64,000 nucleotides of DNA, taken from NCBI GenBank assembly GCA_951813565.1, contig OX638351.1, forward strand, positions 2,688,001 through 2,752,000, given 5' to 3'. Below are positions 40,009 through 49,384 of this stretch, in pieces. The translations under genes were made by a program, and so were the position numbers. The first letter of the stretch is position 1. The number at the start of each line of letters is the position of its first letter. The DNA is from an uncultured Poribacteria bacterium. GTDB lineage: Bacteria; Poribacteria; WGA-4E; WGA-3G. The notes below the pieces were generated by a model. That model searched no databases, was not told the origin of the DNA, and worked only from the letters and a program-made list of their open reading frames with translations.

Positions 40009-40805
40009 AGGTCGGTGCAGTGTCATTTTTGAACACTAAACCACACATTTATCCACTTTTGAATGGTGAACTTCAAACAGAAGAAATTGATCTCAGCTTC
40101 GAAGTGCCAAGTCGTCTTGCGGTTCTTTTGAGTGATAACGAATTAGACATTGGTTTGATCCCAATTGTTGAATACTTTCGGGCAAATGATAGAGGTGAAG
40201 GTTACCGCATTCTCCCAAACATATCAATAGCATCGCGCGGTAGCGTCCTCAGCATTCAATTGTTCAGTCGCGTGCCGATTCAGGACATCCAACAAATTGC
40301 TTTAGATACAAGTTCCCGATCATCTGTAGCATTGCTGAAAATCTTACTCGCTGAAAAATACCAACTTTCTCCGACGTTCGTTCCTTGTGATCCGTCAATT
40401 GATCCTGCCACTGCAGAAACAGAGGCAGTGCTACTTATTGGGGATGCAGCACTTAAAAACCTCGGTGCCACAGAATATAGCATTGATCTCGGCACAGAAT
40501 GGCAAGAATTAACAGGGTTACCTTTTGTCTATGCTTGTTGGGTTGCGAGGGGAGAAGTGGAACTCGGTGATGCGCCGAACCTACTTTTAGAAGCGAAAAA
40601 TCAAGGTATTACACAAATACCTGAAATTGCACGGATTGAAGCACCAAAACTTGATTTGCCCGAAAACCTCTGTAAAGACTATTTACAACATCACATCCAC
40701 TATGACTTGGCAGAATCGGAAGTCGCGGGGCTTGAACGTTTTTATAAACTTGCTGTAAAAAACAAGCTTGTTGAATCAGAGCAAACCTTATGCTTTGAAA
40801 CTTAA
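39957..40805 (+). CDS. mqnA: Chorismate dehydratase (futalosine pathway)
   Basis: VSFLNTKP, SRSSVAL, LLIGDAAL, DLG.EW..TGLPFVYA.W. Confidence 0.9.
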   Translation: MVQKSRTSQYGLASGALKVGAVSFLNTKPHIYPLLNGELQTEEIDLSFEVPSRLAVLLSDNELDIGLIPIVEYFRANDRGEGYRILPNISIASRGSVLSIQLFSRVPIQDIQQIALDTSSRSSVALLKILLAEKYQLSPTFVPCDPSIDPATAETEAVLLIGDAALKNLGATEYSIDLGTEWQELTGLPFVYACWVARGEVELGDAPNLLLEAKNQGITQIPEIARIEAPKLDLPENLCKDYLQHHIHYDLAESEVAGLERFYKLAVKNKLVESEQTLCFET

Positions 40806-40841
40806 ATAATCTGACAACTAAAACCGAAAACAGGTTAAAAA

Positions 40842-41351
40842 ATGAATTCCGTTGAAGAACCTACCACTGCTGACGAAATTACACAAAAGTTTGAAGATTT
40901 TCTTAAAAGTTCCGGACTCCGTCTGACTCAAACACGGATGGATGTCTTGGACCAAGTCTTTGCCTACCCAGGACATTTCCAAATCGAAGACCTCTTGGTT
41001 CAGATGCGTCAAAATGGTTATAATGTTTCGCGTCCAACTATCTACCGGACTCTGCCGCTGCTTGTTAGAAGCGGGCTGCTAACGGAATTCATTGACGCAC
41101 ACAAAAACACCCGATACGAAAGCATCCATTCGCTCAAAGAGCATGCCCATCTTATCTGTCTGCGGTGTGGTCAGATCGTTGAATTTAAAGAGCCGCAAAT
41201 CGATGCTTTGCAGAAATCTGTGTGTGATGCGCACCAATTTAAACCAGTGCGCTTCCGGAACGAGATAATTGGCTACTGTTCTGAATGTCAGGCAGAATTA
41301 GAACCAACTACCTCAACTGAGTTAGAACCTTCAATTCCTACCGATTCTTGA
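40842..41351 (+). CDS. Fur family transcriptional regulator
   Basis: LRLTQTR, SRPTIYRTL, HAHLICLRCG, GYCSEC. Confidence 0.92.
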   Translation: MNSVEEPTTADEITQKFEDFLKSSGLRLTQTRMDVLDQVFAYPGHFQIEDLLVQMRQNGYNVSRPTIYRTLPLLVRSGLLTEFIDAHKNTRYESIHSLKEHAHLICLRCGQIVEFKEPQIDALQKSVCDAHQFKPVRFRNEIIGYCSECQAELEPTTSTELEPSIPTDS

Positions 41352-42036
41352 GATTACCCCAAGTTGTTGTCAGCAATCCTTTCGGATTAACAGGCAAAGT
41401 TGCGACTTCAGCGTTTTCATAGTCCTCATTGGTCGGTTCATACTCTAAATCGCTTGACCAGAGAAAAACATCATATTGAACCAGATTGGAACTTTGACGG
41501 GTGTATATAATCATGACGTTTTCACCGTCACGCAATTTATTGACGGTGCCGCCATCCGCACCGAAAATGCCGGTTCGTACCCATGCCCACTCAGGCGTAT
41601 TTTCTTCAAAAATGATTTCCACATCTTTTTGAAAGTGGCCAGGTTTTTCCTTGGGGATTTCATCGCCATCGTCACCCAGAACCCACAACCAATCCGAATG
41701 GTTATTCGGATTGATGACACGTCCGATAAACCGCCAATCCCCCGCTTCTCCACCAGCAAGACTGATGTCAAAATTGTAACGGAGCCATCCATCTCCACCT
41801 GAGTTGGTGACAATATCACCGTAGGCACCATCAGTGGGCTCTTTTGCGCCTTCACCTTTACCTAATTTGTAAACTTCATTTTCATCGCGTTCATCAAAAA
41901 GTTCAGCTTCAAACCAAATTTGTTTGCCATTTCCATATTCGGAAACCTTAACCTCTTCTACGGCAAACACTGTTACAACAGCCATTAGCACAAAACTGAA
42001 GAGTAAACCAAGTATCAACTGACATTTCGTAATCAT
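41338..42036 (-). CDS. Secreted protein with C-terminal LTTTWGNLK motif
   Basis: RBS GGAGG before ATG 42036; signal peptide; WFEAE beta-sandwich-like start; C-terminal VNPKGLLTTTWGNLK. Confidence 0.75.
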   Translation of the reverse strand: MITKCQLILGLLFSFVLMAVVTVFAVEEVKVSEYGNGKQIWFEAELFDERDENEVYKLGKGEGAKEPTDGAYGDIVTNSGGDGWLRYNFDISLAGGEAGDWRFIGRVINPNNHSDWLWVLGDDGDEIPKEKPGHFQKDVEIIFEENTPEWAWVRTGIFGADGGTVNKLRDGENVMIIYTRQSSNLVQYDVFLWSSDLEYEPTNEDYENAEVATLPVNPKGLLTTTWGNLKNR

Positions 42037-42236
42037 TAGATTACCTCCATAAAACCCAAGAATAACAGAAATTAATTCTCGGAATTTATTTTTGACATAG
42101 TGTCTAAACTTATTACAGCGGGTAGACTGAGTTCCGAACAACTGCAACTTCAATATTTTCAGTTTAACAAAATGATGAAAAAGTTGCAACTATTTTATAA
42201 GGTGTGAGTTTTGTTATTAACTACGCCTTATAAGAA

Positions 42237-45200
42237 TTACTTCAAAATCAACATCCTCCGCGTTGCCATGAAATCGCCTGCAGTTAACGTATAGAAATAA
42301 ATACTGCTTGCCACAGACTCCCCCACACTGTTTCTGCCATCCCAATGCGCCGCACGGCTACGACTTTGATATATTCCTGCTGCCTGATGTCCTAACGCCA
42401 ATGTCCGAACAACCGCACCATTTGTAGCATAGATTGTCAAGGTGACATCCGCAGGTTTTGCCAGCTGATACGGTATCCATGTCTCAGGATTGAACGGATT
42501 CGGATAGTTCGCAAGGAGTGCTGTTTTTTCAGGAAGTAGCGATGCTAATAGCCGTTCGAGATTCTCTATCCCTTGTCGGAAAGCAATAGAACCATCGTTT
42601 TCAACCTGTGCTTGATCTATCCATGTTTGGACCATTATAGGCATGAGTTCCTTGTTGTCTGTTGCAAGTATCGGAGACGCAGCAGTGGAATCCGCTGAAT
42701 CACCAAAGTGTTGCGCGACAAGAATAAGGTCTTGAATGTTGATAACGCCATCACGATTTACATCTGTCCGCAAGTTAGCAGGTGCACCTGAACCAAAATC
42801 CTTCGCTACAAGAACAAGGTCTTGAATACTCACCCGTCCATCCTGATTCACATCCCAAGCAGGATAATCTCCTACAGTAATAGTAATATTTGGTGGAACA
42901 GTAGGAATGATCGCACCACTGATAGAACTGAACTCAAAATTTTCCAGTGTAACTTGTGTTTCGCCGCCTGCTTTTGCTTTGAATGTTACTGACATCAGCA
43001 TGCCTGTGCCGCTGACACCACTTTCAGCTATCCGCGCCGAATACAGACCTGTGATTTTGCCTGCTGTGTGATCAATCGTGCCAGCTTGGAAGAAGGTGTT
43101 TCCACCATCTGTCTTCAGGAAATCACCTTCGGTAACTTCAACAGCTTCAAGCACATTCGGGTCAAACGCAATTTCCGCTTGCCATCCCGCTAAATCAGTG
43201 ATGTTTTCTGCGTTAAAGTTTAGAGTAAACGTATCGCCAGCGAGAAGGTTTGCTGTCTCCATTGTAGAGAATGTGGGACGTGAAACCGTATCTGGATGTA
43301 TTACCGTATACTCTGTGCCATCTTCAAATCCGAAAAAGAGTGACCATAGATCATTATGTGCCTTCAACTCGTCAAGCCTTACCAACAACACATTTATCCC
43401 TTTTTGTAACGTGACAGAAAAAAATGTTCGGTAACCAACATTGTGTGCTCCAAAGGCATAGTCTGTATAATCTTGATGCACTAACTTGCCATTAAGATAT
43501 ACTTTCTGCCCCACACTGGCACCTATAAATATTTTCGTCTGTTGTATTCTCGGAGAATGCAAAGTCATAGAACCGTAGACAACAAACGTCTGTTCGTAGA
43601 TATTGGGTGCAATAGCGTCTTGAGAATCTAATAATCTTCTAAGATTCGTCTTATTGCCCTTGGAGTCATTCGGATGGTAAGGCTCAAGCATCCCGACTGA
43701 CCACGCATTGTTTCCTATCACAGTACCCTCTGAAGCACTGATAGTAGCAACCTGTTGTTCTGCAGATTTATTGTTGGATGCTTTTGCTAAATAATCGACA
43801 TCTTTGTCTACTTTTACAGGCAAAGTCAGCCATAGCCAAGGTCCCACAATATTTGGACCGCCTTGTGGAAAGGCGGGGTTACCAAACCAAGTGAATACTT
43901 CTATAGTCTCGCGTATGCCAGCCAAGGCGGAGAAATCGGAAATGTTATTCTCGTGAAGTTGTAAATTTTTCAAGTTACGCAGAGAGGCAAGGGGCGAGAC
44001 ATCTACGATTCGATTTTCATTGAGTATCAATGCTTCCAAATTAACCAATCCTGCTAACGGAGAAATATCCGAAATCTCTGTATTGGACAAGGCAAGATGC
44101 TTCAAGTCTGTTAATCCTGACAAGGGTGAGAAATCTATGATACTATCGGTATGAGTCAAACCCAACCAAGTGAGTTTTGTTAACCCCCTTAAAGGTGAAA
44201 GATCTTTTACCTTGCAGTCATATAATCGCAGTCTTGTTAAGTCTGTTAATCCTACAAGGGGTGACAAATCCGTTATATCAGAATGTACGGTGTCTAACTT
44301 TTTCAGTTTTGTAAGTCCTGCCAAGGGAGCAAGACTTGATATACGGGTCTCCGAAGCATTTATCACTTCAAGATTGTGTAAGGATGCAAGTGGCAAAAGG
44401 TTAGATACTTGTGTATCGTTAAAATATACCTCACGCATTTTTGCTAATCTTGTGAGAGGTGAGAGATCCGATATTGGATTATGATTAATACTTAATTCCA
44501 TCAGATTCGTTGCATACTCAATACCTGTTAAATCTTTAATATCCTTGTTGCTTACTCTTAGAGTTGTCAAAGATGTTATCTCTGCAAGCGTAATCGGAAC
44601 AGTAGCATCCTCTTTGCCAAGTACCTCTGTAATTGCTGCGCGTAGATTCACATCAGGAATAATTACATCAAAAAGTATCTTTGTATTTTCAAAGAGTTCA
44701 TCTAAAGGTGAGAAATCAGTTATCGGGTTGTGGGTAAGTTTAAGCCATTCCAATTGGGTTAAAGCTGCTAACGGGGACACATTTGATATATTGTTACCTT
44801 CAAGGTTTAGACGTATTAAACCTGTTAATTCTGCCAACGGTGTAATATCTGAAATACTGTTTTTGACAAGATACAGTTCGGTCAACTCTGGTTTCTCTGC
44901 TAAAAATGAGAGGTCTGTTATGTTCGCGCCGCAAATATCGACCTTTTTTAGTTTCGTAAATTTTGCCAAAGGCGAGAAATCTGATATAGGATTGCCCCAA
45001 GTGGTAATGCTTTCCAAATTAATTAAATTTGCCAAGTGTGACACGTCAGTAACATTATTAGTATCGAATTTTAGATACTTCAGATTGATCAAACTTGCTA
45101 AAGGTGCTAAGCCAGAAGATAGCTGTAGATTGTGAATGGTTAAATTTTCCATCTTCGTTAACCCTGCAAGTGGTAATAAGTCTATAAGTCCTAAATTATA

Positions 45201-47360
45201 CCACCTTTGATCTGCCAAATTTAATTCTGTTAGTTCAGTTAATCCTGCAAGTGGCGACAAGTCAGATACTGGACAATCCCATAATCTCAGAGATCCTAAC
45301 TTTTTCAAATTTTTAAATGGCGATAGATCAGATACTAAATTACCTTCCAAATTGATCTCTCGTAAGTTTTTTAATCCTGATAGTGGCGATAGATCAGACA
45401 CGGCATTATTCTTAAGATTTATACTCTCCAGTTTTATTAACTCCTGCAGAGGCAATAAATCGAAAATTTGGTTGTCCGAAGCTGCAAGACTTTGCAGATT
45501 TGTTGCAAACTGAAGACCTGTTAAATCTTGGATACCCTTATCCACTATTTTAAGCAATTTTAATTTCGCCATATCTTCTACGGTAATCACATCTCCCGGT
45601 GCTTTGCCGTGTCTTAACTCAAGTCTCTGATCAATAGCAGTGCGTAGGTTCACATCAGGTATGTGGACACCAGCACCAGGAATACGTTCCGGACGTTCCA
45701 CTATAGGGGGCAGGACGGTATTAGGAGAATCCAACGCAGCAACCACATCGTGAAAAGCCGATGTCCATGCGTCTCTTTTGATGACACCGTTTTCTAATAC
45801 TAGTGCTCCTAATAAGTTTTGTAAACTTACATTATTACTAATTTTCTCAAGGAACGTTCCTGTTTCTAACCCAACTGCAGCAGCAGCGTGTGCCGCACTG
45901 AGAGGTGCTTGAAACGCCTCGTGCAATCGTTGGACCGGTTCAATCCCACCAAACACCCCACCTGTTTCTTCAAGTGCTACACGAAAACGTTTCATATCTT
46001 CCGCTACAAGATCATCCATTACCGACTTTACAACATACAAGTCTAACGCTTGCTCTTTGTTAAAAGGTGGGTTATCAGCTTGTTCAACAACAGCACGCAC
46101 CTCGTCTTCAAACGTCTGCATTCCTTTTGTGTGGCACCCGATGCAGGAAAGCCCAGTGCGCACTGTCGGATCACTTGCTGCCGGGTTAGATACGATGCTG
46201 ATTGGTGCCGCATCAAGGCGAATGCCTTCCCTATCTACAATAAGATATGCCTGTAAACCATTCGGTAAATTGAAGATAATTTCGCCACCATCTTGTGAGA
46301 AATCAAGCGGATGTGTAAGGATACTCTGAGACTCTGAACTCCCCGCAAAGTCGTAACTTTTCCAATACGCTCCATACCGAGACTTGTGACGTTCAAGAAC
46401 ACGATTGTGGCGTGATACACGGGAATTATTGAAACCCGCGCGCCAAACGCGTTTCCCTGGTGCATTTTGGAGGTTTTCAGCAACGAATACCTCAAGTGCT
46501 GCTTCTAATTCACGGTCTGTTTGTGGAAGTGCGAGAATATCGTGGTAAAGCGGTGGCAATGAGGCAGTTGCGAGAAACCAATCCACATTGATAAATGGCA
46601 CTTCGCAGTTCATCTCTTGCTGTAAAGTTGTGAGTTTTTCGCGGAGATGTGCTTGTGTCGGGGCATCAAACGTCATTTTGTAGGGATATGCCTGTTCAAT
46701 CTGTGTCCATGCATCGTTTCGCACATCCCACTCGTAATCACGAAGGTCAATGTAGAAAAGCGTTTGTTCCACATCAATAGGCTGCGGTTTAACAACTTCG
46801 CGTCCCCAAGAGAGGCTATTGATCAGTTTTGAGAGGGCGCGCCGATAGGCGTTGAGCGCTTCAGTTGTCTCACCTGCGTTATAGAGATGTGTCAGCGTAA
46901 AATAACGTGCAAACGATTTGTCACGCACGGAAAGAGAATTGACGTGGTTTTCAATCGTTTCAAGCATCGCATCGGTTGTAATGAAGTCAGGTTTTGGTCT
47001 GGGAACAGCGTCCCAATCGGGAGCGCCTGCAGCAATCCATTGGCGAATTGTCTCAATCGCTTCGGGGTCAAGTGGCGGTTGTCCTTGTGGCATCCGTTTG
47101 GCAATGTTCGTTTCAATGAGCCGTTGATAGAACACGGAATCACCTGGGTTTCCAGGGATGACTGTGCCACCTTCAATAAGTGCTTTGTGTTCAATGATGA
47201 GTGATTCCCGGTAGGAGCCGTTTTCACCGTGGCATATTAGGCAGGATTGCTCAAAGATCGCATAAGCTTCTTGTGCCAGATTCTGCTGTGCATTAACACT
47301 ACCAACTAATATAAACATCAATATACAACTGATTTTTACGATATTTTGCTGAAACCTCAA
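42237..47360 (-). CDS. Large secreted diheme cytochrome c / LRR / cohesin / dockerin / FlgD-Ig-like protein
   Basis: CLICH and CIGCH; two IPDVNLR-capped internalin LRR blocks; cohesin-like domain; DVNxDG dockerin pair; NYPNPFNPETWI tail. Confidence 0.9.
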   Translation of the reverse strand: MRFQQNIVKISCILMFILVGSVNAQQNLAQEAYAIFEQSCLICHGENGSYRESLIIEHKALIEGGTVIPGNPGDSVFYQRLIETNIAKRMPQGQPPLDPEAIETIRQWIAAGAPDWDAVPRPKPDFITTDAMLETIENHVNSLSVRDKSFARYFTLTHLYNAGETTEALNAYRRALSKLINSLSWGREVVKPQPIDVEQTLFYIDLRDYEWDVRNDAWTQIEQAYPYKMTFDAPTQAHLREKLTTLQQEMNCEVPFINVDWFLATASLPPLYHDILALPQTDRELEAALEVFVAENLQNAPGKRVWRAGFNNSRVSRHNRVLERHKSRYGAYWKSYDFAGSSESQSILTHPLDFSQDGGEIIFNLPNGLQAYLIVDREGIRLDAAPISIVSNPAASDPTVRTGLSCIGCHTKGMQTFEDEVRAVVEQADNPPFNKEQALDLYVVKSVMDDLVAEDMKRFRVALEETGGVFGGIEPVQRLHEAFQAPLSAAHAAAAVGLETGTFLEKISNNVSLQNLLGALVLENGVIKRDAWTSAFHDVVAALDSPNTVLPPIVERPERIPGAGVHIPDVNLRTAIDQRLELRHGKAPGDVITVEDMAKLKLLKIVDKGIQDLTGLQFATNLQSLAASDNQIFDLLPLQELIKLESINLKNNAVSDLSPLSGLKNLREINLEGNLVSDLSPFKNLKKLGSLRLWDCPVSDLSPLAGLTELTELNLADQRWYNLGLIDLLPLAGLTKMENLTIHNLQLSSGLAPLASLINLKYLKFDTNNVTDVSHLANLINLESITTWGNPISDFSPLAKFTKLKKVDICGANITDLSFLAEKPELTELYLVKNSISDITPLAELTGLIRLNLEGNNISNVSPLAALTQLEWLKLTHNPITDFSPLDELFENTKILFDVIIPDVNLRAAITEVLGKEDATVPITLAEITSLTTLRVSNKDIKDLTGIEYATNLMELSINHNPISDLSPLTRLAKMREVYFNDTQVSNLLPLASLHNLEVINASETRISSLAPLAGLTKLKKLDTVHSDITDLSPLVGLTDLTRLRLYDCKVKDLSPLRGLTKLTWLGLTHTDSIIDFSPLSGLTDLKHLALSNTEISDISPLAGLVNLEALILNENRIVDVSPLASLRNLKNLQLHENNISDFSALAGIRETIEVFTWFGNPAFPQGGPNIVGPWLWLTLPVKVDKDVDYLAKASNNKSAEQQVATISASEGTVIGNNAWSVGMLEPYHPNDSKGNKTNLRRLLDSQDAIAPNIYEQTFVVYGSMTLHSPRIQQTKIFIGASVGQKVYLNGKLVHQDYTDYAFGAHNVGYRTFFSVTLQKGINVLLVRLDELKAHNDLWSLFFGFEDGTEYTVIHPDTVSRPTFSTMETANLLAGDTFTLNFNAENITDLAGWQAEIAFDPNVLEAVEVTEGDFLKTDGGNTFFQAGTIDHTAGKITGLYSARIAESGVSGTGMLMSVTFKAKAGGETQVTLENFEFSSISGAIIPTVPPNITITVGDYPAWDVNQDGRVSIQDLVLVAKDFGSGAPANLRTDVNRDGVINIQDLILVAQHFGDSADSTAASPILATDNKELMPIMVQTWIDQAQVENDGSIAFRQGIENLERLLASLLPEKTALLANYPNPFNPETWIPYQLAKPADVTLTIYATNGAVVRTLALGHQAAGIYQSRSRAAHWDGRNSVGESVASSIYFYTLTAGDFMATRRMLILK

Positions 47361-47467
47361 TTTATTTCTCCTCTCCGTGACGTATTCTGATTTGCTGTTG
47401 GTTAAAAGCGATACTTATAGTATATTCAACCTTAAGGTTTTTGTCAACTATTCCTTAAGGTGTATAC

Positions 47468-47647
47468 AGAGCCATTCAATTCTGCAGTAATTCTGCTTTT
47501 CTCTAAAACCTCTTTCTGTAGGAGCAGTCTCCTGGTCGCGACCTTTCGTCCGATGTCGCGACCAGGAGACCGCTCCTACAAGAAGAAAATCGGGCGGACA
47601 AGGTTTCCCTCCCACAAGAGGATATATCCTTAAATTGACACCTATGA
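47468..47647. repeat. Composite of MITE ends and a GTAGGAGC REP doublet
   Basis: CAGAGCCATTCA end, GTAGGAGC..GCTCCTAC at 47518-47579, and a CTTAAATTGAC end shared with ~63828. Confidence 0.65.
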
Positions 47648-47735
47648 GGTTTCGTAAACTCTACCCAATCGACGATACTTTATGGCAGGGATAAATAGGA
47701 AATAGCGAGCCTATAAGCAGCTCTACTCCTAATAT

Positions 47736-48701
47736 TTATGTGTCCCGCTCTGAGATAAATCTTTCAATTTCTTGAGCCATTGGCAGCGCAGGAATTACGC
47801 CGATCTTCTGGGTTGCCAATGCTCCCGCTGCATTTGCATACCGCATGATGCTATCAAGACGATCTTTTTCAAGCGATGCTAAGTCAGCATGCGTCATTAG
47901 TTGCGTGAGCATAGCAGCGACAAATGCATCACCTGCACCGAGCGTATCCACTACTTCAACGGCAAAACCTTCAACATATCCTTCAGCGTTACCGTTTGTG
48001 TAATAACATCCACGCTCTCCTAACGTAACAACAAGCAATTTCACACCGAGTCCGAGAATTCGTTCAATACCTTGCTTCAATTTGACATCTCCTGTAACAA
48101 ACTCCCACTCTTCCTCTGATATCTTGACGACATCTGCATAGGGCATCACCTCCCATATCCAATGCTTTGCATCGTTAGCGTTGTCCCATAGCATCAAACG
48201 CAAATTTGGGTCATAAGAGATGGACGCGCCTGCGGATTTTGCAGATTGAATTGCTTTGAGTGTTGCTTCACGGGTCGGTGAATGACTGAGGCTAACAGAA
48301 CCGTAATGAAACAGTTCCGCAGATTGGATGTAGTCCACATCAATTTCATCCGGTGACAGTTGAATGTCGGCACCGGGATGCCGATAAAAAGTAATATCTT
48401 TCATGCCGTCAGAGCGTGTGGCAACGAAGGCTAATGTGGTACGAGAAGTCTCTCCTGCGATGAGATAAGTCGTATCAACGTTGTTCTGTTGAAGCGTTTC
48501 AGTCAGGAAACCACCGAACGGATCAGCACCGACTTTGCCGATAAACCCTGCATCCACACCGAGTTTGGCTAACCCGACAGCGACGTTAGCAGGCGCACCG
48601 CCAGGGGCTTTGACAAATCCCGGTGCTTCGGCAAGAGTTACATCGGGGGTTGTGGAAACAAAATCGATGAGAAGTTCCCCTATACATAGAGCTTTTGGCA
48701 T
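47736..48701 (-). CDS. PfkB family carbohydrate kinase (fructokinase-like)
   Basis: GGAPANVA, YDPNLR, DTLGAGDAF. Confidence 0.92.
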   Translation of the reverse strand: MPKALCIGELLIDFVSTTPDVTLAEAPGFVKAPGGAPANVAVGLAKLGVDAGFIGKVGADPFGGFLTETLQQNNVDTTYLIAGETSRTTLAFVATRSDGMKDITFYRHPGADIQLSPDEIDVDYIQSAELFHYGSVSLSHSPTREATLKAIQSAKSAGASISYDPNLRLMLWDNANDAKHWIWEVMPYADVVKISEEEWEFVTGDVKLKQGIERILGLGVKLLVVTLGERGCYYTNGNAEGYVEGFAVEVVDTLGAGDAFVAAMLTQLMTHADLASLEKDRLDSIMRYANAAGALATQKIGVIPALPMAQEIERFISERDT

Positions 48702-48722
48702 AAATTGTAATTCCTTAAGGCA

Positions 48723-48765
48723 CTTAAGTTTCTGTAGGCAAACATTTATCAATGAGAATTTGCAT
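48723..48765 (-). pseudogene. Stub of a DUF5615/PIN-like toxin gene
   Basis: MQILIDKCLP then, after a 1-nt shift, QKLK; overlaps the DUF433 stop as such toxins usually do. Confidence 0.55.
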
Positions 48766-49000
48766 AGGCATGTGTTAGGAGCATTTCTTTGGCAAGTTCC
48801 AAGACCTTGACTGCTTGATCACGGTTGACAGACGGAAAATCCTTCAAAAAATCATCAAGCGTTTCTCCACTCTCTAAATAGTCAATCAGATTTTTTATGG
48901 GAACACGGGTGTTTTTAAACACCGGAGTACCACTCATAATCTCGGCATCACATGTAATGAGATTGTCAACTGTCATGGTCGTTTGTTCATCAAATTTCAT
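48749..49000 (-). CDS. DUF433 antitoxin-like protein
   Basis: IMSGTPVFKNTRVP..YLESG..DFPSV; RBS AGGAG before ATG 49000. Confidence 0.88.
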   Translation of the reverse strand: MKFDEQTTMTVDNLITCDAEIMSGTPVFKNTRVPIKNLIDYLESGETLDDFLKDFPSVNRDQAVKVLELAKEMLLTHAYANSH

Positions 49001-49038
49001 GAGTAAATTTCTCCTGTGAATGCAGTGCCTATATACTT

Positions 49039-49299
49039 GAGGGGTGTGCATAAATAATTCCGATGTTAAATATGCGCTTAAAGGTAGTCCGCACAGGCCG
49101 TGGGTTTCCGTCCACAAGTTCAAAGAGGCGCAGCATGCCACACGGGGAATGCCATAAGGCATTCGGACCGTTGATTTGGCGCATGCTGCGTTGATTTGGC
49201 AATGAATTGCGCGACTACAAACGCATTTCTATAAATCAAGCGGCACCTGGCGTCTGTTCCTGTCTGTGTTGATGCGCCAAATATTTATGCACACCCCTC
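49039..49299. mobile_element. MITE with GAGGGGTGTGCATAAATA TIRs
   Basis: 18-bp perfect TIR; flanks ATATACTT / ATATACTC (8-bp near-duplication). Confidence 0.85.
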
Positions 49300-49384
49300 A
49301 TATACTCAAGGATACTCTATAATTTTGTGGATATCAAGGTTAAGTAGCGCACTTAGAAAGAGAATTATTCTATTCACCCTCATA

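Noticed and set aside
43900..45560. Diversity-generating retroelement or array within the LRR repeats
   Set aside because: Repeats diverge at all codon positions; no template/variable repeat pair or reverse transcriptase
49001..49162. ORFs inside MITE/REP clusters (also 14011-14206, 54405-54635, 63445-63802)
   Set aside because: They run through palindromic repeats with no protein motifs or RBS
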